Origin: Azolla caroliniana
Lineage: Eukaryota; Plantae; Polypodiophyta
Direction of reading: 5' to 3'
NCBI GenBank assembly: GCA_043228905.1
Contig: JBHGNT010000001.1
Coordinates: forward strand, 31,930,001 to 31,994,000
DNA: 64,000 nt
The translations under genes were made by a program, and so were the position numbers. Below the pieces are notes generated by a model. It was not told the origin of the DNA, did not search any database, and saw only the letters and a list, made by a program, of their open reading frames with translations. Shown here one piece after another: positions 37,797 through 50,709 of the stretch. Within the stretch, counting starts at the first letter, position 1. Every line of letters begins with the position of its first letter.

Positions 37797-39257
37797 AAGT
37801 ATTTACTAGGATACCCCCCTGACGTTTCTCGAAATCTTCTTGAATGCCCCCCAATCCCAGAGAGACTCTAGGGAAGGCAGGGGTATTTTGTAAATTTCTC
37901 TTCATTTTCACTTCTCTATGTACTCGAGAGTATGTAGTTAGTATGGTGTGTGGTGGTCACTTGAGTGGTTGTCTATGATCTCCAAAAAAACATTTGAACA
38001 TGGCTATATAGATGCTGTATCACCGTCCACACATGGTAGCATAAACAAGATGGTCATTGAAAGTGCTCGTGATACGCATAAAACTATCAAGACAAAGACA
38101 CACTCAATTGACACCTTAATATGCCTGCTTGGTTGGAGTTAAAAAAACATGATGTTCTTGGGCTAAAGCGTGTGTGCCCAACAGCTTTGGCATGTTAATG
38201 ATGGTAATGAGCGGTCTACAACCTACATTCCATAAACAACACCCGAAACCTTCGGCATGCCAATGTAGTCATTGCAATTCTTGTATCGTGTATCATTGTC
38301 ATTGGTCATTTCCTTATAACGCATAAATTGAATTTACAAACAATAAAAACATTGATGTCATTTTTATAGGCATGACATTCACAACCCAATTGTAAAGCTA
38401 ATTTTAATGAGTTAAGAGTAAGATATTCAAGAAACCGATTATCCTAGGAACAAGGGCAAATCCATATGAACCTATGACACAGGGTATGGTAGTTGTTGAG
38501 TTGTGTATTTAAAAGGGAACTAGCTATCCCCCTTCATGGAGGCATCGTAAGGCACTACTGAGATTATAAAGGCGAGGCTAAGCATCTTCTTCACATCTAT
38601 TATTCGACATCTAATGTATAACATAAGGTAACATTTGGTGGTAATAGAACATCGATGGTACTTTATGTTTGTCTTAGGTCCTTTCACTCGAGGGTGATCA
38701 ACGTGGTTAAGTGCCCTTGATCTATTATTCTCCTTAACCACTTATTCTTTTGTCATATCAATGGTATGATCGATGATTATCACATAGGTAGAAAAAAAAC
38801 TCGTATTTAATACTTGCATTATTTGGGGGTTGCTATAGAGTCATGATTATGTTCACTTTTGATTGAGAATCGTTGCATTAGGAGGGTGACAACCGAATTG
38901 AGAAGTATCCGTAAATATATTATCAAGCTTTAGGTGAACTTTTTACACTTGCGAAAATTGAGATGACCATATAAAATGACATATTCGTGTGTCCACACAC
39001 TACGTGATCAATGTGATGATATGCAAGGTTCGACTAATGTTCAGTGGCAACGTCAAGTGGCCTTTAAAAACTATTGAGATATTAAGCTCAACTAGTTATT
39101 TTGTCAATTATGTAACTTAGTAGTTACATAAATAGAATCAGTTAGTACGTTGACCTTAAAGCCTTGAATAGGATTTTGTGCTTAAGCGGGATACATTTTA
39201 GATCATACAAGTTCATTAAATATAGGACTTACGTCCTTGTACCTATATTCTCCTCAC

Positions 39258-39542
39258 TAGGGATCGACAATGGCTCGGCTCAAGCCTAAACCGTTTGGCT
39301 TAGCGGCTCGGCTCGGTTTAGGCTTGAACTTGCCTTAACGGTTTGAACTCGGCACGGCTTGGCTTGAGCCTCGCCAAACTGGCTCAAGCCGGCTAAGCTG
39401 TTTATAAACTTTAGAGAGAGGGGGAGAGAGAGAAAGAGAGAGAGGGAGGGAGACAACAGACAAGGGGAAAGAGAGAGAGTGTGAGGGAGACTAAACAGAC
39501 GATGGGAGAGAGAGTGTGTGAGTGAGGGAGAACTACACAGAC

Positions 39543-39626
<84 letters not shown>

Positions 39627-39943
39627 TTGAGACCACAAGACGTGAGAGAGAAAGTGGGAGGGAGAGCTTGTACAATGTATACTATAATATATAGTGGATC
39701 ATACGATATAATATAGTCTATAATATAATTGTGTGCTTTTACCACAAAAAGAGAGAGAGAGAGAGAGAGGGAGGGAGGTTTCCAAGCCGTTTACCAAGCT
39801 AGTTCACAAACCAGTTTAGCCTAAACCGGTTTGTGAACCGGTTCGGTTCAGGTTTGAGATCCCGTAAACGGTTTAGTATTAGCCGGTTTGGCTTGGATTA
39901 GGCCAAAGTGGCTAAGCCTAAACCAAACCGTTGTCGATCCCTA
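39258..39943. mobile_element. Intact non-autonomous hAT (Ac-like) element, 686 bp, with internal GA microsatellite
   Basis: Perfect 13-bp TIR TAGGGATCGACAA...TTGTCGATCCCTA. Perfect 8-bp TSD CTCCTCAC (39250-39257 and 39944-39951). AAACCG/CGGTT subterminal repeats. (GA)n at ~39546-39618. Confidence 0.95.
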
Positions 39944-40239
39944 CTCCTCACACATGTGCACCCTTGCACATGAGATGTATATATACCTCATTGTGGGTAT
40001 TTTTGTAAGTTGATGCATATTAATATAGAGAAAGGTCTTTGAGCTATACTCTTGTTAATCATGCCTCATATTCTCTTATTGTTTATAAGTCTCTTCCTCT
40101 CTTTCTCTCACACACATATCACATAGCCTTATGTTGCTTAATCACATACATGATTAACTACTCACATAATTAGATACTAATTTACCCTGAGTTAAGTACC
40201 TTATTATTAACAAAAACCTATGGCAAGGACTTTCACTTC

Positions 40240-40740
40240 TTTTCGAATACAACTTCTAGTGTGAAGTGGAATTATGTTGTACCTTCTTTTATGTTGCATT
40301 TCTGATAATTATTGCACCACTTGTTTCATATATGACATCATTTGTTTGATCGTATGCTTATACTAGCCTTTGTATCACAGTGGAAGTGAGATGAATTGTC
40401 TCCTTCTATTTTCAGATACAACTTTTGGTGTGAAGTGGAATTATGTTGTACCTTCTTTTATGTTATATAGCTAATAGTTATTGCACCACTTGTTTCATAT
40501 ATGACATCATCTATTTGATCAAATGCTTATACTAGCCTTTGTATCACAGTGGAAGTGAGATGAAATGTCTCCTATTTTCGGATACAACTTCTACTGTGAA
40601 GTGGAATTATGTCGTACCTTCTTTTATGTTGTATAGCTTATAGTTATTGCACCACTTGTTTCATATATGACATCATATATTTGATCAGATGCTTATACTA
40701 GCCTTTGTATCATAGTGGAATTGAGATGAAATGTCTCCTT
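40240..40740. repeat. ~167-bp tandem repeat, 3 copies, upstream of BBX
   Basis: ATACAACTT...GTGAAGTGGAATTATG...TTATTGCACCACTTGTTTCATATATGACATCA...ATGCTTATACTAGCCTTTGTATCA units begin at ~40247, 40416 and 40582. Confidence 0.93.
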
Positions 40741-41588
40741 CTCTTTCCTCTATGTACAGTTCTCAAGTAATATACAAGGTACATCTTTCTTTTCAAAAAG
40801 AAGAAGAAGAAGACATATGTGGGGCTATTTTGCCATCACTCTTGGAAGTTTCTCTTTACATCGCAAGAAAGAAAAGTTCACACCAACAAACATATATTTA
40901 CCGAGAACCCAAATGACGAATTCCAACGAACTGAGCTGAGTTTGAAAGCCCATACGAATTCCAGTGGTCGAATTGTGTATAGGGCGAAATGAGATATGGT
41001 TTGGGGGGGGGGGGGGGGGGGACTCGAGAAGGACATGTAGATGAACCGTGGTTTTACACCTGGGGCAACAAGCTTCTAGGAAATGTGGGGCAAGAAGTGT
41101 GAGATAACGAGGGGCTCGATGAGTAGGGAGAAGCAGATGCTCAAAGGCGGACAAGGGAGGCATGACATTGGGTGGGCAGGCAGCGGCGATGGTGGTGGTG
41201 AGGTGGGCCATGAGAGATGGGCAAAAGAGCGTGGTTTGTCATGGTGGGAAGAGGTGGGAAAGCCATGGCCCACAGGGGTGTGAGTGTGAGCTAAGAGATT
41301 GTGTTCTCTCTCTCTCTCTCACTCTCAATAGTCAAAGCCTTATTCACATAGCATAAAAAACTTGTGGAGGAGAGGCCTCGAAGCCATTCCATTTAAGAAA
41401 CAGATTTATAAATTAAATTAAGGGCCAAAAAGAAAAAAACACAACAGAACCATCTACGACCACGAAAAAAACAGAAAGGAAAGGAGAAAGAAAGAAAGAA
41501 AGAAAGAGGGCTAGCTCGCCATAGCCATAGCCATAGCCATATCCATATCCATATCCAGAGCCGTATTCCTCAGGCAGACCGTCACACA

Positions 41589-43471
41589 ATGAGAGTTCAC
41601 TGTGATGTCTGCGAGACCGCCCTCGCTGATGTGATCTGCTGTGCCGATGAAGCTGCCCTCTGTTCCGCTTGTGATCTGAGAGTTCATGCCGCCAATAAGC
41701 TCGCCAGCAAGCATCAGCGCCTTCGCCTTCTCGACAATACTACGTCTACCACCAATCTCCCCCTCTGCGACATCTGCCAGGTATTCTTCTTCCTTCTCTT
41801 CTTTAGCCTGTTCTTCTCTCCCTTCTTGTTTCGCTCAGATCGGAATGGGGGGGGCTTTTCAGGAGAAGGTAGCCTTAATCTTCTGTCTTGAAGATCGAGC
41901 TGTCTTATGCCGTGACTGTGATGTCTCTATCCACGCTTCGAATACCCTAGCCGCGAACCACAGAAGATTTCTCAGCACTGGTATCAGGGTTTCCCTTCAT
42001 GCCGAGCAGCAAGGATCAGTCAACGTTTCTCAAGATAAACCCCATGACAACGTTACCCCTCCTCCTCCTCCTTCTCAAGTAATTAAGAAACATCTTGTAT
42101 CTCCAACTGAGAAGGAGTCCACACAATCTTCTTCTTCCTCCACTTCTCCATTCCAATCCACACAATCTTCTGTCTCTGCTTTTAAATCAGATTCTTCTGA
42201 TCCTCGTGTCATCAAACCATCCTCGAACAAGTCTTCGAAAAGAACCTCAATTCATGAGTGCGAACACGTTCCCACCTTCCAGACTCAGAAGAAACCAGAA
42301 GATTGGCAGGATGTAAATCTCTTAGAACTTGGAATGGGGTATCCTGTTGGTGATGCCACGTTATCAAAGGTAAAGTGACTCCTTGCTGAATACATAGAGA
42401 CCTATTTTTATCAATCAGGGAAGGCACATGTATTCCATATCTCAAAGTTATGGCATGTGTTACCTCAACGAAAGAGGCAATTTGGTGTTTATTAAATTAG
42501 AAAAATTCTTTCAGTTCTAGCACTTTACAGTTCTATCATCATATAATCTGATCTGGCCTCCCTGCTCAGATTGACAAGGATTTTTGTTCCTAGGATCAAT
42601 TGAACTTAATTTCTCTTAGGAGACTACTGCCAGGCTGCAAGAAAATACCTGTTTTCGAGTTTAATTTTTTTGCCCCTTATTGCACATCTAGATGCTTTAC
42701 CTTCTTTACTTAGCATAAATTTTGTTCTTGTTGTAGAATTTCCTTAGGTGAAGCTGGTGGGATCTATATTTAGATACCTGGTGGTGTGGCCTTATCAATT
42801 GTGGAACCCAACAATGCTGTGGCAATTTATTATTTTCAGTTTTATTTTGGAATTGTAAATTTTAATGTTTGCTTGCATGCTGATTTTCACCTCGTTGCAT
42901 TTTCGCAATTTAGGCCGTTTCTTTCCATATCATCTAAAACAATATACTTAAAGATATCATTGTTATTAGGTTTGCAGGCTTCCAGATTATACCAATTGAA
43001 CACTGCATCCTTTATTATAATACCGAGTTATTGCAGTGAAATGATTTAGCTCTCAGTTCTATGTTAAATCATGTCAAATTCCCCTCTTTTCTAAACTGTG
43101 CCATAATATGTTTATTTTATGCCTAAAATGCAGTACTGTTATATGCACATTTCTGTTCTTAACCTCTCTTATGTGGGCAGGCTGATTTAGTATCATCTTT
43201 TATGGGTGATGAGGACTGGATTGCAGACCTTAGTTTCTTTGACGAGCATTTTATAGCTGAAGCATTGGCAGAAGTGCCACAGATTTCTCCTGCAAACGTG
43301 AGCACCATGGCACCTAACCATGTTCGTCTTGATGCTGTTCCAAAAGGGAAGTATAAGCAAGATATTGGTCCTTTACAGCATTCTGAAGATGTCTCTGTTG
43401 TCCCTGACATTGGGCCATTTGTGGATTATGTTCCATCAGTAAAAAGGCAGAAAATATTTCCAAGAATATAA
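41589..43471 (+). CDS. Double B-box zinc-finger protein (group IV, BBX22/24-like) with C-terminal VP motif
   Basis: Exons 41589-41780 (CDVCETALADVICCADEAALCSACD..VHAANKLASKHQR...CDICQ), 41863-42369 (FCLEDRAVLCRDCD..IH..NTLAANHRRFL), 43181-43471 (ALAEVPQ...VVPDIG...KRQK). No CCT domain. Confidence 0.94.
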
Positions 43472-45925
43472 ATGATCGTAGCATTAACTGATCATGAAAC
43501 TGGATAATATCAAGCCTAGCAAGTATGAAAACTCTTCTTATTAAACTTTGGAGCATTCTGAAGGTATTGCATTCAACCTAGAATTAATGACAAATATAGG
43601 CTTTTTGCATGTATGGGCTACATTTGATGCTTGCCATAGATGGAGCATAAGTTGCAATGTTTGTATTTTATGTATAATAACGAAGACTATTTTGTGTGGT
43701 ATGGTTGAATGAGTATCATGATAAGATAAACTTGGACAAGTCAAAGTTGGATGCAAATGGTAACTTGAATTTGTTTTTCTGTTAATGATTGCAAAGCAGG
43801 GACATAGGCATACAAATAAACATAACTTCAAAGTTCAAGAATCTAATTGCCCAGATTGCATAGGGACATCTATTAATTTGAGCATGTACTAGAACGTGAT
43901 TTGGGCATGCATGGCTACAACAGGAGATTAGATGCCTTCAACTCATGTAGTTTGCATCACGTTTTTGTATTTGTTCCCTAGTTGAGCTTAGCCAGATGAT
44001 TTTTATGCAACACTCATGACTTGATGTGTTGCATAAGATTGCAACTGTACGATGGCTACAAATTGTGCACTTTGCTTAAATGGTGGTAAAGACTGATTAA
44101 ATGTTTTATAGCAATCCTTCGCTACAAAATTAGGTTCAAGATAATATGTGAAGGTTGCACTTTGGCTAAACGGTGTTAAAGACTGATTAAATGTTTAATG
44201 GCAATCCTTACTTTGCTACAGAATTAGATTCAATATAATATGTAAAGGTTGCATCAGCAGAGGTTTTGGATATAGATATGCTTGGAGTTTTGATGGCCAA
44301 GAGTACTATGGAATGTAGGTAGCATTGCTGGTTAGGAGTTACTGGCCTGTGGACAATTTTGTGGATTTGAAAAAGCTATTTGATTTAGTATGGCTGCAGT
44401 TTGATTTGATTGGAACCAGATGCACAAGTTTTTTTAATACGAGGGTTTACATGGTTTAAGACATGAATAAAACTATGGTTGACACACATATGAAATCTTC
44501 CCATGGGACACATGCTGCTGAACCTTTCTAAAAATGTTCATAGAGAATCCTTTGGTGAAGGGCATTGAGATTGAGATTACATGCATGAGATTAAAATTGA
44601 GCCTGACTACAAATCCATGTTTATAGAATTGAATGCTCCACCAAGTAACCTTTCATCATGGGAGAATTTGAGATATTCTCTTTATATTCTACTGATCTAC
44701 AAATCTGGTTGCTCTCAAAATGCTTCTTTAAATCCAAATGTAGTTGCAGAATGCGATTGCATTGAGATAGTAATAAGGAATCCAACCCCACCCAAAACAG
44801 AAAAACCTATCTGAGAATACGTTTTAGGATAAGTGTTTTGGTAGATGTGCTTTGGTAGAAACATATATTGTGTTTTTCCTCACAAGTAACCTCTAAGACG
44901 GGCTACTATTCTAAGACATAAATAAGTAGGAAGTATCAAAAGTTGGTAAAATGTAAATATTACATCTTGGCAGTTCTATTCTGCAATTCCAAGAGACATT
45001 TAGGATTCCAGCCATTTTAAACTTTGCTGTACTTTTGCATGCAACCTATCCGCATAAACCTAAATGGCACAGAATTACAATTCAATATCACTAATTCATA
45101 TCCAGTAACAGAATGTGCTTCAAGTTTAGACTAAGTGGTATTCTCATTCACAATCAGCCATTTTTATTACATACAATTCTTATTCTCGTTCATTTAGTGC
45201 AATTGTTAAATATGATCACAGCAAAACACTTCGAAGAAAAACAAAGATAATGGGAATCTAGAACATCTAGCACAAAACATGACGAGTTCAACTTTCATTG
45301 CATACTATTTAAATAAAAGACACGACTACCCCAACATGGTACATCACTTCTTTAAAGACAGCTAAATAGAGGCATGCATCAAGGCTAAAAGAATCAAAAC
45401 GCTGAGATAAAGACATTTTACCATCAAAACAGGGAGGCATCAGGAAATGGATATGTAATATTTTCTGCATGATTTCTGCTAAAAGGCACCAAGCGTGCAT
45501 GAAGATGGAACCAGAGAATTAAATCTCTCTAGATAGAGTGATGCATTGATAAATAGAGCTCCCCGTAGATGGTAAAAAAAATTCACATTATTTCATGTAT
45601 GCATGCAATCGAAACACTGAAATATTGTTACTACAGAAAAGTAGACTGTAAATAGTGTAAATGTAGGCATTAAAGTTGAGCTATTAATCAGAATAAATCG
45701 TCACAAAAATCTGTTAAAAGGCCAGATCACTCCACAAAATACTGGCCTCATAAAATAAACCTCCAAATTATTACTACAAACGAGACACTAAGGTCTTATT
45801 ATTTAAGGACTCGTGATCAAATTGTTATTGAGCTTGTTCAATTGTATGTGTGGAAGAGCGATTTCCACTCTATGCGTGGCCAATTATTCTATCTAAAAAA
45901 GAAAACAAAAATCCCGCAAAAGACC

Positions 45926-47146
45926 TTACTTGTTGGCAAAGGCAACACCTTTGTCAATGCTCGACTTGAGCTCAGGCTTGAGCTTCTCCAAACCCTCTTT
46001 CTCATACTCAGAGAGGTTCTGAAGATCAGATGGGACGAAGGTTTCCACCCCATTCTTACCAAGCTTCACACGAGATGCAAAGAAAGGCAAGTCAGTTAGC
46101 TCAGACTGCACGTATGTACATTCATACACATCAGAGTCTCCATCCATGGCTCTCAGAGAAGCCTCAACAAATCTTGCAGACGCATAGGCCATGGAAAGTG
46201 TAGCAGAACCGGCACCAGCCTTTGCTTCTACCACTTCTGTTCCTCCATTTTGAATGCGATCTGTAAGTTTCTCAATTTCTTCCTGAGAAAATTCACAATT
46301 TGGCTTCGTCTTTGAAAGCAAAGGAAGAATGGTGATCCCTGCATGTCCTCCAACAACAGGTACGTCTACTTCAATGAGACGGAGACCTTTCTTCTCTGCA
46401 ACAAATGTATTTGCTCTCACTATATCAAGTGTAGTCACTCCAAATAGCTTCTTAGGATCATAGACTCCTTTCTTCTTCAAGACCTCCGCAGCAATGGGAA
46501 CCATGGAGTTCACAGGGTTGCTAATGATGTGGATCCAAGCGTTTGGACAATTCTCAGCTACAGCTTCAATCAGGGATTTCACAATACCAGCGTTGATATT
46601 GAAGAGATCATCGCGAGTCATACCTGGCTTTCTTGGTACGCCGGCAGGGATGACAACAAGATCTACGCCTTTTAATCCCTCAGAAATCTCTGAAGGTCCA
46701 GTGAACCCTGATACGCGAGCTGGAGTGTTGCAATGACTCAGATCTGCCACGACACCCTTCACGTTCGCAATGTCGTACAGATTCAAGTGTGAAACGAGAG
46801 GAGACATCTTGATGAGCAGAGATAGGGGCTGTCCGATCCCCCCTGAAGCTCCCAGGACGGCCACTTTGTACGCAGACGCACGAGCAACCCCAGGTCTATG
46901 GCTACTGTTATGGTTCGATTTATGGTTAGGGTTAGGGTGTGTAAGTGAGGATAGAGAAGCATGGCCAGCGAAGAAGGATGCCTGTTTAGTGGAGGAAGAT
47001 CTTTGAGAGAAAGACAGGGTTTTGAGGCCTTGGAAGTGGGGAAGCGATACTGAGAGGGAGCGAGGCTGTGATGAAAAAGAAGAAGTGCAGAAAGGGGAAC
47101 TGCCAGAAGGAGCAGAAGAAAGCATAGCGTGCATTGAAGCTGCCAT
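45926..47146 (-). CDS. MDH: Plastidial NAD-dependent malate dehydrogenase (pdNAD-MDH)
   Basis: Intronless, 406 aa. Ser-rich transit peptide, then [58 protein letters not shown] and [13 protein letters not shown]. Confidence 0.97.
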   Translation of the reverse strand: MAASMHAMLSSAPSGSSPFCTSSFSSQPRSLSVSLPHFQGLKTLSFSQRSSSTKQASFFAGHASLSSLTHPNPNHKSNHNSSHRPGVARASAYKVAVLGASGGIGQPLSLLIKMSPLVSHLNLYDIANVKGVVADLSHCNTPARVSGFTGPSEISEGLKGVDLVVIPAGVPRKPGMTRDDLFNINAGIVKSLIEAVAENCPNAWIHIISNPVNSMVPIAAEVLKKKGVYDPKKLFGVTTLDIVRANTFVAEKKGLRLIEVDVPVVGGHAGITILPLLSKTKPNCEFSQEEIEKLTDRIQNGGTEVVEAKAGAGSATLSMAYASARFVEASLRAMDGDSDVYECTYVQSELTDLPFFASRVKLGKNGVETFVPSDLQNLSEYEKEGLEKLKPELKSSIDKGVAFANK

Positions 47147-47974
47147 GGCGTTCTTTGTCTGTACGCCCGTAGATCTTCTGTCTTCTTCTTCTTAGTCTTC
47201 TTTAGGGCTTGAGGTTTCTTTGTCTCTCTCTCTTCTGTCTGCGAGGGGGAACAGGGTGATCGATATGAAGAAGAAAACTGGCTTATGACGTGGCCGGATC
47301 TACGCCGTTGAAGGCTTTGGACGGCTCGGAATAAATAATGGCCTTCTTCGTAAAAACCCTCGCATGCACCATGGATGACCACGTCCAAGACCCATGGGGG
47401 ACCACGCAAAGATGCCGATGTCACATAGAGGTCTTTCAACAAACAAGGACTCATGCTCCATGGGGCTAGTTGCTATACTCCGAACTAATATGTTTTCGGG
47501 ACTGCATTGAACACCCATGCAATGCAATGCAATGGTGGCATTTGCATGGATGTGTTAATAAATGAATCAATAACATAGTTCTTGCCAATACGTTGGAGCA
47601 CAATATGTACTTTAAGTGATCGTAGTTTGGACAAATATAACGTATGCTCCTTGATATGTTCAAAACACCCAATACAATGAGGTCTCACATGTCTGATCAC
47701 GAAGGGGTCGGGAATATTGTGACTCCATTGTTAAGAATGATGCGCACAAGCGCCACACTATGTTTAATATAGTGAGAGCAAACGACATGCATCCCCAACT
47801 TCGTGGTTCGGATCCCACATTTGTCATTATAACTCTAATTTTATGCTTGTTTAGATAGGGACCAACACTTTGTTAGTCTAGGAAATTGTTACGGGCATGA
47901 CCATATAATATCCTGTAACAGAAATGGCATTGCTTACTTCAAAGCCAAGCAAGGTTATTGTATTCGGTGCATGA

Positions 47975-48330
47975 ATGTCGACGCAAGAAATTTGCAACAT
48001 GGTGTACAACAATATTTCATGCCACATATCTCAAGGGTGCAAGAGGATATACACATGTATGGTTGATCTTCTATGGATGAACAAGTTCCCCATCAATATG
48101 GAAAGTTACTACTCCAAATGTGCAATAGGACCTAAATGTTTGTTGCAAATGCAACGTGGAAGATTGCCAATATGTTTGTTGTAGATGCTATAGTTGAATG
48201 ATAACAATGATTTTACAATTAGACAACGTAAAGAATGTAATTCTCATAAGTTATCTTGGAACCATTGGTGTTAAGCAAGGATACCCACTCTTTTTAGTTT
48301 ATTCATTTGAATGTGAGGGCCTATTTAAAG
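47975..48330 (+). mobile_element. Decayed LINE reverse transcriptase fragment
   Basis: KRIYTCMVDL (~48040) resembles RT 'K.LYCCFVDF'. TIGVKQGYPL (~48261) resembles 'GVKQGCPLSP'. Both are in the expected order, with stops and frameshifts between. Confidence 0.6.
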
Positions 48331-50206
48331 ATATTTGCGATCAAGATGAAAAGCATTCTGGTTCAACACCAATATTCAAATTCCGAGTTGTTTTTAGTTG
48401 TGATTACCACACAGAAGATAATTATGATTGAAATTTGGTTCCGTAAGTCATATTTGATGTCAGGAACAATAATAAAATCTATTTATCTTCATTCCATGAT
48501 TGGTATTTCACCCAACATGTGTAATGCCAATGTCATTGCTTTAACCCTATGTAAACATGTGACCAAATCAATAAGAATCATCTTCCAAGACCGCACTAAA
48601 GCTTATAAATATCAGTGTCGCGCAATATTACGTTAAGAGGAACATGTTGGGTGACTATATCCATAACATATTTCATTGAATATGGATTACTATGTCGTGT
48701 CTAAGACAATCTTATTTTTTCCCATGAGTTTATGTTTATCCATTTTCTATTTAAAGTCATGTCGATGACTAATATATTGGAATGTTTGGACTTATTTAAT
48801 CTAACAATATTGACAATAGTACTCTTCCTATTTGCAATGTCAACGGATATTTTTACAATCTTGGTTGATTGGTTTTTGAATTTGAGATCTTGATATATTT
48901 AAGGTTTTCTTGGGACATTTTTACACTCTTGGTTGACTGGTTTTTGAATTTGAGATCTTCATACATTTAAGGTTTTCTTTACTTTTTGTGAACCTAGATT
49001 TGAAAGTTGTTGTTTTCACAATGGAGAGGGCCGAATTGGATTCTAGTTTCAATGACAAAGTTGGGAATCAAAATCTCCAAATTGTTTTCCATACATTTGA
49101 AATCTAAGTTTAGGGATCAAATTAGTAGATTTTCTTTTTTGAGAACAAAACTTGCATTTTAAGAAATCAAAACCAAATATTTGCATTTACGATAGGTATG
49201 AGAAAGCTACAAGAGAACGGCATGACATGGAATACAATAGAGAAACATGGATAGATGAGATAACAATGGTAACAGACATAGAAAATCGAGATTTTGAGAG
49301 AAGATGCTTTTTTATGCTTTCGAAGTGAGCAAGATATAATGGGGGTTGCATTTCAAGTATTCAAATATATGCCTTTGTCACTTGTTATTGAACCTACTCA
49401 ACTTGTGGTCGTTCCTAGAACAATTCTATTATATGAAATTTTCTTGGTGTGTATTTAACTTTTGTTGCTTCATCATAGTAATAGGGAAATGATTCGCAAA
49501 GTGTTTCAAGGCATCTTGTAAAAAGGTTACAACATATGTATCCATTGAGCATATGTTACCTATTTGACATTTCATGGGGGTGGTATAGGGTATTTTTGAC
49601 CGGTCCTTGATTGGGATAGTTATAGATTGCATTATGCCTATATGAGATGGCAAACGGTTGAACCAAAAAGCTCGGAACATGCTATGTTTTTTTGTTGCAC
49701 GTTATTGTTGTTGACCTATAGGAAGCTCAATAATCACGGCCGACATGTTGAGGAGGACCAAGATGGAATGTCAAATAAGGATTCTAGGCACATACACTCT
49801 TGCTTTTTACCACTATCTTGCAAGAAGGAAGTTGACATATGCATGATAATATACCTAAAAGAGATCAACAAGACATTACATAGTAAAACATGAGGGCGAA
49901 AAGTATTCCATGCATAAATCACGCGAAGGAGTGTTCAAGCGTGCTCCTCCAATGTCCATAGATCTTCAACTAAACATATTTATGTGTTGCGACCATGAGG
50001 TTCAAGTCTCGAGTGGTGGGCGGGAGGGGGGGGGGGTGACCAAATGAAAAGGGAAAGAAGAAGAAGAAGAAGAAGAAGAAGAAGAAGCTTCATGGTTCGG
50101 TTTTGAAACCATGCTCACCAACAATGAAAAGAGAACCATACGATTTGAGTTAGAAAAAGCAAACACTTAAAAATAAGAGAAGTGAGAGACAGACAGACAC
50201 AGAGAT

Positions 50207-50246
50207 ATCCCACATGAAGAGGGCGAGATAGATTGTGGGGTTATAA
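50207..50246 (+). promoter_or_regulatory. Plant snRNA-type Pol III promoter (USE + TATA)
   Basis: USE ATCCCACATGA at 50207-50217 (consensus RTCCCACATCG). TTATAA at 50241-50246. The ~34-bp start-to-start spacing is the Pol III configuration. Confidence 0.8.
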
Positions 50247-50269
50247 GAGGGATGAATAGCGGCGAATAT

Positions 50270-50709
50270 GTGCATCCTAGAGGGCAAGGGCGATCTGAGG
50301 AGTGCTTCGGCAACGCCATGGCCCCATGCAGGTCATGGCGCCGAGGTTAAAGTCCCCGAGTCGTAGGGAAGAAGAAGGCAGCCTCTGTCTGTCTGTCTCT
50401 CTCTCCTACTCGCCGCGAGGCGGACCTGAAAGGGTATTGACCTCCATTGATAGAAACTCTATATCTACACGGTTGGCTGAAGGAGGATTTAGCCTGTAGT
50501 GTGAAGCTGAGAAAACCCCAAGTCTGTTGTGGGGTTGGAGCTTCTCATTCTCTGATGGTGTGTCTTCTTCTGTCTGATGCTCTGTGTAGAATATGTAGGG
50601 TTGGATCCGTCGATGGAGTAGCTGACTACAGCACAGTCATGCGCTCGTCCCACGCCACTTGCTGGTTGGGTAACAGAACGGGGCTTACATCTCCCCTTGC
50701 CATGTTTTT
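50270..50709 (+). ncRNA. RNase MRP RNA (long variant)
   Basis: P1: GGCAAGGG (50283) pairs with CCCTTGCC (to 50701). P2: GAGGAGTGC with GCGCTCGTC. P3 hairpin GCCATGGCC...GGTCATGGC. CR-I AAAGTCCCCG (50349-50358) pairs with CR-V TAACAGAACGGGGCTTAC (50671-50688) to form an MRP-type P4. CR-IV ACAGTCA at ~50632. T5 terminator follows. The 5' end is estimated from the TATA position. Confidence 0.88.
50705..50709 (+). terminator. Pol III T-run terminator of the MRP RNA gene
   Basis: TTTTT immediately after the 3' strand of P1. Confidence 0.75.

Noticed and set aside
39286-39745. SLSL/ERER ORFs
   Set aside because: Translations of the GA microsatellite inside the hAT element. No transposase motifs.
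46494-47454. ORFs overlapping MDH (including a 223-aa minus-strand alternative frame)
   Set aside because: Shadow or alternative frames of a conserved CDS and its leader, no recognisable domain.
47803-47850. Second USE-like ATCCCACAT / B-box-like GGTTCGGATCC
   Set aside because: No TATA at Pol II or Pol III spacing and no recognisable snRNA downstream.
9517-50709. Ribosome-biogenesis cluster (NAF1, RPS21, MRP RNA)
   Set aside because: Spread over 40 kb among unrelated genes. Such housekeeping genes are common enough for chance proximity.
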